A stretch of 64,000 nt of DNA, taken from contig NC_069007.1 of assembly GCF_001194135.2 (NCBI RefSeq), positions 12,784,544 to 12,848,543 of the forward strand, written 5' to 3'. The notes beneath the pieces are model-generated. The model was not told the DNA's origin and ran no database searches. It was given only the letters and a program-made list of their open reading frames with translations. Shown here in pieces: positions 1-12,363 of this stretch. Position numbers and translations under genes: made by a program. Origin of the DNA: Octopus bimaculoides. Taxonomy: Eukaryota. Numbering within the stretch: position 1 is the stretch's first letter; each line of letters opens with the position of its first letter.

Positions 1-480
1 AACACATGAAATATTTTGTGTGATTGATGAGGTGAAGGGATCAAACCTACACAGAACACATTCAATATCCAGGCACCAACAGATAACAGAACCCACCAAA
101 ATTTTCAACTAGCAAAAATATATTAGAAATGTTCTTCAATCAACATTTCTGATAGTCATGAAATACAGAATCAGCTTTATTAGTTTCACATTTAACATGT
201 TGTCTGAGGAATGCGTTTGACAGGTTGTTACCTGTTGCATTTGGGTGAGTGATTTTAATTTGTAAACTGATTTAACCAACCTTTCAAGAGGAGTATAAAG
301 TTGGTCATCATCATCATCTTCATTTTCCCCATGCTGGCATGGTTGTCTGTGTAGTCAAGAAGCTTGTTTCCCAACCACATGGTTTCAGGTTCAGTCCCAC
401 TGTGTGGCACCTTGGGCAGGTGTCTTCTACTATAGCTTCAGGCCATCCAAAGCCTTGTGAGTGGATTTGATACATGGAAA

Positions 481-561
481 TTATAAGAAGCCCATCAGGT
501 GTGTGTTTGTGTGTGTGCACGAGAGAATGTGTGTGAGAGCATGTGTGTGTGCAAGAGTGTG

Positions 562-593
<32 letters not shown>

Positions 594-612
594 CAAGAGC
601 ATGAGGGTGTAT

Positions 613-657
<45 letters not shown>

Positions 658-659
658 CA

Positions 660-697
<38 letters not shown>

Positions 698-745
698 AGA
701 GAGAGCACAAGTGAGTGTGTGTGTGAGAGAGAGAGCACAAGTGAG
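481..745. repeat. Compound (GT)n/(GA)n microsatellite with a recurring GAGAGCACAA motif
   Basis: Read directly from the sequence. Confidence 0.95.
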
Positions 746-3449
746 TGTGTGTAATGCTCAGCCACTTCTACGTTAATTTCACGAGCAGACTGTTCAGTTG
801 ATCGGGTTAACTGGAACCCTTGCCATGCATATATATATATATGGTGAGGCTGTGCAGCAAGGAGTTTGCTTCGCAACCACATGGCTTTGAATTCGGTCCC
901 AGTGTGTAGTACTTTGGCAAAGTGTGTATAACTGTCCCACCAACTAACAACACACACACACACCTTGTGTATGTGTGTTCGATTTTCTGTGTGTGTGTGT
1001 GTGTGTGTTTATGTCCCCCCACCACCACTTGACAACCAGTGTGGTGCATTTACGTTGTAGTAACTTAGCAGTTGGACAAAAGAGACTGGTGGAATAAGTT
1101 CCAGGCTTTACAAAATTAATGAGTACTGGGTTTGAGTCTTTAAGATGGTGCTCCAGCATGGTCGCAGTCTAATGACTGAAACATGTCAAAAATAAAAGAT
1201 AAGGCACTTTCAAAAAGTGCCGTGCAGTAGGATGGAACCGAAAACACCATGGTTGCAGAGTGAATTCACTACCCCATAACCATGCTTACAGCTAGGATGC
1301 ACGCATGTTAACAACCTAGTGACAGCAACCTCTGGATAGAGGGCTGCTCTTGTTATTTTTCTCCTCCTCTCACTCCAAAACCTACAATATCTTTTCTACT
1401 CTAAGCACAAGGCCTGAAATTTTGGGGGAGGGGAGGCAGTCGATTAGAATGACCCCAGTATGCAACTGGTACTTAATTTATCAACCCTGAAAGGATGTTG
1501 AACTCAGAACATAAAGACGGACGAAATACCACCAAAACCTACAATATCTAAACCATCTTCAAAGAAGCTCAACCTCAACTCTTTATTNNNNNNNNNNNNN
1601 NNNNNNNNNNNNNNNNNNNNNNNNNNNNNNNNNNNNNNNNNNNNNNNNNNNNNNNNNNNNNNNNNNNNNNNNNNNNNNNNNNNNNNNNNNNNNNNNNNNN
1701 NNNNNNNNNNNNNNNNNNNNNNNAATGGTTAGCAAAAAGATTACTGTTGGGAAAAAGGCATATAGAAATATCATCATCATTTAACATCCACCTTCCAGAC
1801 TAGCACAAGTTGGATGGTTTAACAGGAGCTGGCCAGGTAGAAGCCTGCACCAGACTCCAGTGTCTGTTTTGGCAGGGTTTTTACAGATGAATGCCCTTCC
1901 TAACACCAACCACCCAATGGAGTGGACAGTGCTTTTTACATGGCACAAACACAGACGAGGTCAGTTTTGGCATGGGTTTTACAGCTAGATGCCCTTCCAA
2001 ATGCCAACCACTTTACAGTGTGGACTGGATGCTTTTTACATTGCACCAGTACTGGCTGGGTCACTAAGTAACTTGCAAGACAAAGATCCTTTGAGAGTGG
2101 GGGGAGGACATTGGAGGGGGTGATCTTGTGTCAGATAATGAAAGGCGAACAGAGACTATCAAAATAAAATATTTTGTCATCGTTTTAATGTCTACTTTTC
2201 TATGCTTGCATGGGTGAGAAGAGTAATTGAAGCAGATTTTCTATAACTGAAGGCTCTTCCTATCACCAACTCACACCTGTTTACAAATAAGGTGAGATTT
2301 CTCTACAGTTGGACAAATGTTCATAGAAGACTGAACAAATGAAACCTGCCTGTATGATGGTGATACTCATATGAGTTTGTGTGTGTGTGTGTGTGCGCGA
2401 TCACCATCATTATTTAATGTCCATTTTCCATGCTGGCATGGGTTGGACAGCTTGACAGGAACTGGCAAGACCAGGGGCCCAACACCAAGTTCCATAGTCT
2501 GATTTGGCATGGTTTCTATGGCTGGATGCCCTTCCTAATGCCAACCACTTTACAAAGTGTACTGAGTGCTTTTTACAGTGTGTGTATGTGTGTGTGTATA
2601 ATGGGCTTCTTTCAGTTTCCCTCTACTGCAGAGTAGAAGACACATGCTGTAGCACCTACTTTTAAGGATGATCATAATAAAATATCTAAATATTAATGAG
2701 TGATGACACTTAGGGTGAGAGAACATTTGTTTAAATTAATCCCCAGTATTTATATTATTTAGTATTAGGGCGGGGTAGAGGGGATACTTAATCGATTATA
2801 TAAAGCTCCGTACTCAGCTGGTACTTATTTTATCGTCCTGAAAGGATGAAAAGCAGAATCGACCTCAGCCAAATTTGAACTCTGAATGTAAAGACCCAGA
2901 AATGCTGCTAAGTATTTTGTCCAGCATGCTAATGATTCTGCCAGCTCGCTGCCTTAATAATAATAGTAATCATAATCCTTTCTACTATGGGCAAAAAGCC
3001 TGTAATTTTGGGGGAGGGGACAAGTCAATTGCATCAACCCCAGTGTTTCATTGGTACTTAATTCATCCACCCCGAAAGGATGAAAGTCAAAGGAATTTGA
3101 ATTCACAATGTAATACTGCTAAGCATTTCGCCCAGTATGGTAACGACTCTGCCAGCTCACCACCTTCAATAATAATAATCCTTTCTACTATAGGCATAAG
3201 GCCTGAAATTTTGGGGGAGGGGACCAGCCAGTTTACATTAAATCCAGTGTTTCACTGGTATTTGATTTATCAACCCCGAAAGAATGAAAAGCAAAGTTGG
3301 CCCCAGCAGCATTTGAACTCAGAACGTCAAGACAGGCGAAATACCGCTTAAGCATTTTGCCCGGCATGCTAACGATTCTGCCAGCTCACCGACTTCAATA
3401 ATAATAATAAATAGAAAATATTTGTAAAATGATAGAAAATTTTACATAC

Positions 3450-3554
3450 TTTTTACATTTGTCACAGCTGTACATGTTGTCACCTTTTAGTTCGTCAGCA
3501 GAGAAAAACGCAGAAAGACAGTCTTGTAATGTTATAGTTGGACCCATAATCCAG
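3450..3554 (-). CDS. USP20: USP20/33 coding exon 11 (later exons not found in the window)
   Basis: (S)[34 protein letters not shown](K). Flanked by tatcAG and GTATGT, 105 nt, phase 2-2. The His-box and DUSP exons were not found in 1-3449. Confidence 0.97.
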
Positions 3555-5480
3555 CTGATAAATTAAGAATAAAATAAAATATAATAAACAGAAAAGCAAA
3601 AAAATTTTAAAAACTTAATAAACTTCAAAAAATTTAATAAACTGATAAATTTTAATTAACAATGCACTCCTGCATGTGCTGGTTGGTTATTTGACTTCTT
3701 GTATGCATGCAAGACATGAATCTTCAACCCTCACTGCAGGGATAGATACCCCATCTTGGGACTTGGACCACATCACAAACATGCAGGTCTGTGAAATCGT
3801 GCAGTATTACATTAAGGCCCACAATGGTAACGAAAAAGACATTATGGCCATGTAATGAGATCCAGAGACCTTGTAAAGATCATTGTTTAAGGAACTGTGG
3901 AGGACAGAGGAAAAGATAGATGGGCAACACACAGGAACGAACAAGGAAATAAATTGGCACTCCATTGATTATAAGGGATCCAGTTGATCTGATCAATGGA
4001 ACAGTCTGCTTGTAAAATTAACACGCAAGTGGCTGAGCACTCCACAGACACACGTACCCATAACAAAGTTCTCAGGGAGATTCAGCATGATACAATGTGA
4101 CAAGGCTGGCCCATTGTAATACAGGGACAATTCATTTTTGTCAGTTGAGTGAACTGGAGCAATGTGAAATAAAACATCTTGCTCAAGGACACAAATGCAC
4201 CACCAGGAATCGAACTCACAACCTCTCGATCACGAGTCAAATACCCAAACCACCTTCACTAACAAGGAAATAAACCATTTGCAGAAAAAGGAGCTGGTGC
4301 ACAACAACGCTGCTATGACATCAGCTATAGTTGCGAGCTGAAGACACAGGAAACTTTTTGGTACTATTAATCCCGTACTTAGGAATGAAAATAACCTTTT
4401 TCTACACTTTGGAATGGAAATATTGGTCTTCAATCTAGGTATTTTATTCCTCCTTGGATGCATGCCTAGTCTCTGAGAACCAGGGATACCTGTTTTTTCT
4501 TACCTAGACATAAATAATAACATTCTTAGTCACTAGGTCACTAATACAATTAAGTTAATAGTTCTCTGGAATTTATTATCCTATTAATAGGTTAGATATA
4601 TATTTGGGCAAAAATTGATTAAAAAAAAAACTTCAGGCAAGCCCCATCCACCAAAAAAAAAAAAAAAAACCCTACAAATATTATTATATTATTATCATTT
4701 AATGAACACAGAATAGAGATATGAGCAACTAATAGCTTCTTGCTTTGGAGACATGGGCATCAGCATGCCTTGTGTCTCCAAGCAATCTTCAGGCTTGGAG
4801 ACACAATATTATTATATACCATTACATTATACACTATATATATTATTGTATACTGTTAATTCAGGAAATACAATGTTGTCTCAACTCCACTTTAGAATCG
4901 TTTCTTTACCTGTTTCCTATAACCCCAACCCCGCCTTCATCAAATTAATCATCTTGATTCTTTCCCTTTATTTGTTCACCATTCAGATATTTTCTCTTAT
5001 AAAAGTTTAGTCTTTACACTATTTACATAATATTAACATTAGTAATTTAATATTAACACCCTAGTACACAACACAGTTTATTGCATAACATTAACAATCC
5101 TATATTAATTTGACAACTTCAAGGACAATAAATCAACTAAAAATCAGCTAAAATAAAAAATTCTAATCTGAAAATGATTTTATCCTGTTTAAGAATTATG
5201 GCTTTAGAATATAAAAATTTCTAGCACAGATCCAATGTCACAGTAAAATATATACCCTTTTTAAAGATTATTTAGAATTAATCAAGGGCTTACTGAAAAA
5301 GAACAAACTTCAGCAAGGAGGTAAAACTGTAGAAATCAATGAACACAAAATGAAATAAGCAGAACAGGAGGAGATACGTGGGATGGAGAGTTGCTGAAGA
5401 GGTCACAGGATGTGTCACAAAAGAACTTTGACAAAAAGTAAAACAACAATAATAAAGCTGAAGTGAAGACCAAATATATA

Positions 5481-5516
<36 letters not shown>

Positions 5517-6049
5517 AATTGGCAAAACATGACCATCCCTAAGTTTAACAATACAAACAATAAAACTTACTGTGTATTAGTCGGTCTGGTGACCTCATGT
5601 TGATTGTTACTTTCATTACATTTCAGCTGCATACACTCCAGCTTTCTTCAGGTGTCTTATGACTCACTCTATTACTTTGCCTGGGATTGAAATCGAAACC
5701 TCTAGATAACTGCACTGCATTAACTAGCACCTTTACCCACTATGCCGGGGTGCACACAGCCGAAATGTAGTGAAAAGCTGAAACGCAATGACCAAGATCT
5801 TCATTGTTGCTTTCCCAATGCTCCAGCTTTCTTCAGGTGCCATTGTGATTCACCTTACTGTCTTGCTTGGGATTGAAATCAGCACTCTTTGGTGACCGCA
5901 CTGTATGAACTAGCACCTAACTCCACTATGCTGGAGTGTACACAGCCAAAACATAGTGGAAGGCAATGACCAAGATGAGGACACCAGTCTGACGAATACA
6001 TAATAAAAAATTCCTCATCTGAGAAATCCTGAATTGCAATAAAACTTAC

Positions 6050-6210
6050 CTTTTGAGCCACATCAATATCGTAGCCACCCAACCTTGGTTTACTTCTCCA
6101 CAAGCCCCACCTTTGGTGTTTGAACTTTGGTTGGCATGCAACATAAGTAAATGATCTTTACTGGGAATTGGCAGTGATAAGTCTTGAAATGTTTCTTTTG
6201 TCGTAGAAAT
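6050..6210 (-). CDS. USP20: USP20/33 coding exon 10
   Basis: ISTTKETFQDLSLPIPSKDHLLMLHANQSSNTKGGACGEVNQGWVATILMWLK contains the ETFQDLSLPIP motif. Flanked by ttctcAG and GTAAGT, 161 nt, phase 0-2. Confidence 0.97.
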
Positions 6211-6475
6211 CTGAGAAAAAAAAAAAGATCAGTAACAACAAAAACAATAATAATAATAATAATCCTTTCTACTATAGGCACAAGGACTGAAATTTGTGGG
6301 GAGGAGAACAGTCAGTCACATCGACCCCAGTACTCAAATGGTACTTCGTTTACCAACCCCGAAAAGATGAAAGGCAAAATCAAGCTTGGCAGAATTTGAA
6401 CTCAGAATGTAGCGGCAGACTAAATACCGCTAAACATTTTACCCGGCGTGCTAATGATTCTGCCAGCTCACTGCC

Positions 6476-6527
<52 letters not shown>

Positions 6528-8337
6528 CAACAACAATAATGATAATTTCCTTTCAATAACATAAAAACATTCGTGCACCTCTCCCACCAAAAATAGAAAA
6601 AGTAGTTTGACCCAGGGTAAGCCAGCCTGGGCAGGTAGCTTCTTAAACTGCCTTGGGTCAACTCAAGCTTTGTGAGTGAAATTAGACAGAAACTTTGTGG
6701 AAGGTGGTCAGATCAACTGCTTCTGTTCTTGCATGGCCAGCTTAATTCCTTGCCCACTTCAACACCATCACTACCACCAGCTGGCCCTTGGGTGCTTTTA
6801 ACAGATGTCACACTGTTTATAATCGTTCAGACCAAATCTCCAGCTTCTTTGACCCTTTGACCATCCAGTTGTGGCCAGCTTCATCAAAAACAAAGGTCAT
6901 CACTGTCAACCTTCCCACCAATCTTAACAAAGCCATCTTTTATCTTTTACTTGTTTCAGTCATTAGACTGTGGCCATGCTGGAGCACTGCCTTGAATTTT
7001 TTTCTTTTTAGCCAAATGTATTGATCCCACGACTTTCTTTTTAAACTTGGTAGTTATTCTATTGGTCTCTTTTGCCAAACTGTTAAGTTCCAGGGGCATA
7101 AAAACACCAACACTGGTTATCAAGTGGTGGTGGGGAACAAACACAGACATAAAGACACACACACACACACACATACTTGTGTGTGTGTGTACGATGGGCT
7201 TCTTTCTGTTTCTGTCTACCAAAATCCACTCACAAGGCCTGAAGCTGTAGAAGACACTTGCCCAAGGTACCATGCAGTGGGGCTGAACACGGAACCGTGT
7301 GGTTGGGAAGTAAGCTTCTTTATTTCATCAAGATTAGCCATAAAGGCCTCATACAGAAAAAGGGAAGCTGTGGGCTGGACATAGACATAATGTTATGTGA
7401 ATGTAAAAAAGATGATTAATGAATAAATGGGGGGGGGGGACAAGCAGCACCCGTCAACTGTCNNNNNNNNNNGGGGGGGGGGGGGACAAGCAGCACCCGT
7501 CAACTGTCTGATCCCCGAAAACATTGTTATCTTATATATGAGGCAACAAGCCTCTTACACTGTTCGTAATGTTCATCATCATCATCATCATTTAACGTCC
7601 GCTTTCCATGCTAGCATGGGTTGGACGATTTGACTGAGGACTGGTGAAACCAGATGGCTACACCAGGCTCCAATCTGATTTGGCAGAGTTTCTACAGCTG
7701 GATGCCCTTCCTAACGCCAACCACTCTGAGAGTGTAGTGGGTGCTTTTACGTGTCACCCGCACGAAGGCCAGTCAGGCGGTACTGGCAACGGCTACGCTA
7801 AAAATGGTGTATCTTACGTGCCACCTGCACAGGAGCCAGTTCGGTGGCACTGGCAACGATCTCGCTCATTGATACAAAAAGGAGGCATTACACCTCTTAC
7901 TTTGTTTAAACAAAATGAGGTTTCAAACCCCTCCTCAATTCATAACATTGAGGNNNNNNNNNNCCGGCCACAAGCGATATTCCTCATTAAGCCCCTTCAA
8001 CCTCTGCAACACTGACAACGTTATGACCTCCACAGCTATCTGCGGAGGCCATTCGGGATCACGTGTGCAGGTCAAAGTTGCTCCCTTCTGGTGCTTTTCC
8101 AACACCCCCTCAACCTCTCCGCCTCTGTAGAAGACCAATAATTCCTCTTCCTCCAGGGACGAGGTAGCCACTTCCGCCGTCGGTGGCACAATTCCCATCG
8201 ACAGTGGCTCCTCCCCCACCGGTGGCATAACTCCCACCAATGTGGTTGGGAAGCAAGCTTCTTACCACACAGCCACACCTGCACCGATATAAAAAAAAGT
8301 AAAGAATGTTCTCATCTTTTAAAAATTATCAACTTAC

Positions 8338-8426
8338 TCGTTCACATGTCAAACACTGTACAGAACTCAATAAACGGCCATCAAATATATCTGATATGAC
8401 ACTTTGATGTATTAGAGGTCGTTTGG
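8338..8426 (-). CDS. USP20: USP20/33 coding exon 9
   Basis: (S)[29 protein letters not shown], comparable to human [22 protein letters not shown]. Flanked by tttccAG and GTAAGT, 89 nt, phase 1-0. Confidence 0.97.
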
Positions 8427-9409
8427 CTGGAAAGAGAACAAAACAGAGAAAAAACGGTAAACAACATGTATTAATGAGAAGTTGAGGAGGGTAACGTTAG
8501 GAAGACAGAAGAATTGGTAGTTGTGGAGTTAGAAAATGGTGACTAAAACACTGGATTCTTGGTAGTAGCAAGTCACTTAATTCTACATTAGTTTGAGGTT
8601 TTGGTGATGAATGCATTATTATTATTATTAATGATAATGAACTTCGTTTGTAATATGAATGATTAATGATAATTTATTAATTAATAATGATAATAATGAA
8701 CTTCGTTTGTATTATTATTATTATCATAATAAAGGCAGCAAGCTGGACAAAATGTTTAGCGGTATTTCGCCTATCATTACATTCTGAGTTAAAATTACGT
8801 CAAGGTCAACTTTTGCCTTTCATCCTTTTGGGGTCAATAATTTAAGTACAAGTGAAACACTGGGGGTCAATGAAATCGACTTATCCCCTTCCCCAAAATT
8901 GTGGCAAAATTTGAAACCACCACCACCATTATTATTATCATCATTATTATTATTATTATTTAGTAGTAGTGGTGACTTTACCTTTCATCTTTTCAGGTTG
9001 GATAAAGTAAGTACCCGATGAGCACCTGGGGTCAGTGTAATCAACTTCCCCTCCTCTTGAAATTGCTGGCCTTGTGCCGAAATTAGAAAGAACTATTGTC
9101 ATTATCATCATTAGTGTTGACCTCTCCCAGTTGGGTAATGTGGTCAGTTGAATGCCAACCCTTACAATTTAGAGAACATTAGTGGTGGACTGTGTTCTTC
9201 AAGGAGGGATCGAACTAAACTCCTAGAAAATTCTTAGCTTAGGAAGTATGGATAACTCCCAGAAATTCCTGTCCCCGATAGATAATACTAACGAAGGGAG
9301 TTCAGGATTAAATATAGAGACAATATCAAAGTACCATCAGCCAGACAATGAAACTATTGAGCATCAACCACAGATTCATAATCGCAGCACTCAAATTCAT
9401 CCTACTGAA

Positions 9410-9701
9410 CAACTATTACATGTTCGATACAGTTTAATATCGACAAAAATGTGGAATTGCAATGGAAACCCGAGCTGCTCCAGTGATTGTGAACCTTGTA
9501 ATGGGTTACCTAGAGCTTAAAATATATCGATCATCACTACAAAAATATGGCACTTCTTTTCATTGCTATTTAAAGGAGAACTGGAAGAGGTATTTGGACG
9601 ATTGCTTTATACTTTGGAAAGACAGCATGGACAAACTCCTCGATTTCAAAATAATGCTTAACAATATTAATAGCAACATACAATTCACTAAGGAACACAG
9701 T
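9410..9701 (+). mobile_element. Penelope-like element reverse transcriptase fragment (degenerate)
   Basis: One frame reads NYYMFDTV*YRQKCGIAMETRAAPVIVNLVMGYLE...WKRYLDDCFILW...LNNINSNIQFTKEHS. The G.AMG..AP, RY.DD and IQFT.E motifs are typical of PLE RT. Confidence 0.85.
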
Positions 9702-10595
9702 TTAAAAAATGTGGTCGACCTAACTGTGGTACTTGCCCCCACCGTTTGGAGGGTTCTAAGTTCCACTTTAAACAAGGTGAAATATATTTAAGATTAAATC
9801 AAATTTCACCTGTGCCTCGGAAAATCTAATCTATGCCATTACATGCTTAGGGTGCAGTAATAACTATATTGGCCAAACAATTATATCACTCTGTAGAAGA
9901 ACTACTCTCCACAAAGAACAAATCCGCCACCCACATTACAGACAGATACAGGTCAGTGGACACATAGAAAGGTGTGTGAGGAATCTTAATCCTAATTTCC
10001 CCCTTCTATCAATGTTCACAGATCACATCAACACAACAAAGAATGAATAAAGAGGCAATTTTCATTAATAAATATCTTCCTCAACTAAATATGAACACAT
10101 AACATAATATAGAACACCACTAATCTTCCATTTAATATCACTAACCCCCATACACCATTCATACTACAAATCCAGATCTACCCTAATTGCACCAAATCCA
10201 GAACNNNNNNNNNNNNNNNNNNNNNNNNNNNNNNNNNNNNNNNNNNNNNNNNNNNNNNNNNNNNNNNNNNNNNNNNNNNNNNNNNNNNNNNNNNNNNNNN
10301 NNNNNNNNNNNNNNNNNNNNNNNNNNNNNNNNNNNNNNNNNNNNNNNNNNNNNNNNNNNNNNNNNNNNNNNNNNNNNNNNNNNNNNNNNNNNNNNNNNNN
10401 NNNNNNNNNNNNNNNNNNNNNNNTATACAGTGGGACTGAACCCTGAACTGTGTGGTCAGGAAGCAAGCTTCTTACCACACAGCCACGCCTGCACCTGTCC
10501 ACACAGCCATGCCTAGTGGGGCTAATGGTCTGAAAACTTTCCATCTTAATCCTTATTAAGAGTTACAACATCTTAAAAACATGAATTTAACTTAC

Positions 10596-11346
10596 ATCTA
10601 TTATTTGTTGGTATTTTTGAGGTTTTGGGATTATTTTCAGTGTGGGATTGTTCCGATTTCACCTTTGCTGTTGACGCCGTTTTCGTTTTGGTCTCACCAT
10701 CACTGGGAATATCATGTAGTTCAGAATTGGTGAATGCTTTGTTAGTGGTTGCCGCTGTGGTTTGTGCTGCTGCAGGGTCATCTGAAGGTTCAGATACTGT
10801 TCCGATTCCAGCTTCATTCTGTGATGATGTCTGTTTGTAGAGTAAATTCACTGTGTCTTTCATCTCCTTTGAGACCGTTACGAATTCCTTGTTGTCCGTC
10901 ATTGATTCTATCTGGACGTTAAGGTCGGCGCCATCTTTACAGTTGGTTGAATGGTTCAACACATTCTCGTTATTGTCCATGTCATTATAACTACCTCCCC
11001 CACCACCAGTCACAACCTTGAAATTGGATTTTTTGCCACTCAACTGTGTCATTTCGCTGGTGTCACTGCTCTCGTCCCCCGACAAATTGACCTCTGGTGT
11101 ACCTCCGCGTTCGCTGCAAGGTGCCGAATCACAAGTTTCATAGTCTGAGTGGCTGCTTGACGAGTCAATCGATGACTGGCGTTCGTGGCCATTAATGTAA
11201 GACGATTTCCCTGTTGATTCATGGAGCAAAGGGTTTGATGTCGAGGAGCAGATGGCAACCGAGTTCACAACTTCCATGTCAAACATTGGCTGTTTCAATT
11301 CTTCGTGCAATTGATCCATGAAACATCGCAGGAATTCCTGAGTATC
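10596..11346 (-). CDS. USP20: USP20/33 coding exon 8 (end of QQD box plus large disordered insertion)
   Basis: Starts DTQEFLRCFMDQLHEELKQP, a family-diagnostic motif, then runs about 230 aa rich in Ser, Thr and acidic residues. Flanked by gaaAG and GTAAGT, 751 nt, phase 0-1. Confidence 0.96.
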
Positions 11347-11704
11347 CTTTCAAACAGAAGCGAAAAACAATTCATTAATAAATAGCGTGGACATTTTCCA
11401 ATGCAGGTATATGAGTGAAAAGAGAGACATATGAGGTGGTGTGGGTATGTAATGTGTACGGAAAGGAGGGTAGCTATGAGGAGGTACCAAGCAATCCGTG
11501 TGGAAGGGATTGATGGAAGAGGAAAACACGGGGAAATGATCTGAGGAGGCTGAGCTTCATAAAAGAGATGACAAAAGATTACAAGTGGTGTGATGCTATC
11601 TAACCTATGCAAGTAAGAAAAAAATGGGTTGAAAATGGTGATGTAACAGTAACAATTTCTCTTTTGGTGTGCTCACCATGTGTTCACATATTTATAGTTT
11701 AGCC

Positions 11705-11963
11705 CAGGTGTTCTTAACTGGAGTTCACATGACCCTTCTGTTACCATATAAGATTTTGGTGTTAAAATTTATGCGCAATAAATTGGCTCTATTTCTACAA
11801 TACATGAAATATTTTAACAATTTTGTATAAAATTCTTAATAACATTTAATTATAAAAATACGATAGGATTTTTTTAAAACATTGAATGGATATGAGAGTC
11901 CAGTGGAGTAAAAAGGAATTGAAGGGGTACATAGATAAAAAAAAAAATGCCTGAGAACAACTG
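11705..11963. mobile_element. Older hAT MITE
   Basis: Imperfect TIRs CAGGTGTTCTTAAC / CAGTTGTTCTCAGG and an 8-bp TSD GTTTAGCC / GTCTAGCC. Confidence 0.7.
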
Positions 11964-12284
11964 GTCTAGCCAATGAGCAAATTTCTATTGTGGTCATGCA
12001 GCCTGCTAGATATAGAAGTCAAATCTTGCTCAAACCACACCTTACTATCATCATCAGTCATTTAACACCCCTTTTTCTATGCTAGCATGGGTTGCATCGT
12101 TCAACAGGAATTGATGAGCCTGAAGACGGCACCAAGCACCAATGTCTGCTTTGGCATCATTTCTACAGCTAGATGCCCTTCCAAACACTTGAAAAATACA
12201 CGATGGTCAGCATTGGATTGCCTGCGGCCATAAGCTAGCATCTGGACGAGATACTAATACAAAATCTATAAGAAAACAACTAAC

Positions 12285-12363
12285 CTGTTGGGTATATCCT
12301 TTGAACATGGGGTGAACAGATTTTATTCCATTTGCGATACCATTCGGAACGACATAGCTGGGC
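12285..12363 (-). CDS. USP20: USP20/33 coding exon 7
   Basis: (R)PSYVVPNGIANGIKSVHPMFKGYTQQ, comparable to human [27 protein letters not shown]. 79 nt, phase 2-0. Confidence 0.97.

Noticed and set aside
481-963. 160-aa His/Thr-rich ORF and overlapping ORFs
   Set aside because: These are translations of a (CA)n microsatellite with no splice or homology support.
4230-4570. ORF-like stretch (…RKLFGTINPVLRNENNLFLHFGMEILVF…)
   Set aside because: It contains stops, has no recognisable motif or fitting splice sites, and is probably an unclassified repeat fragment.
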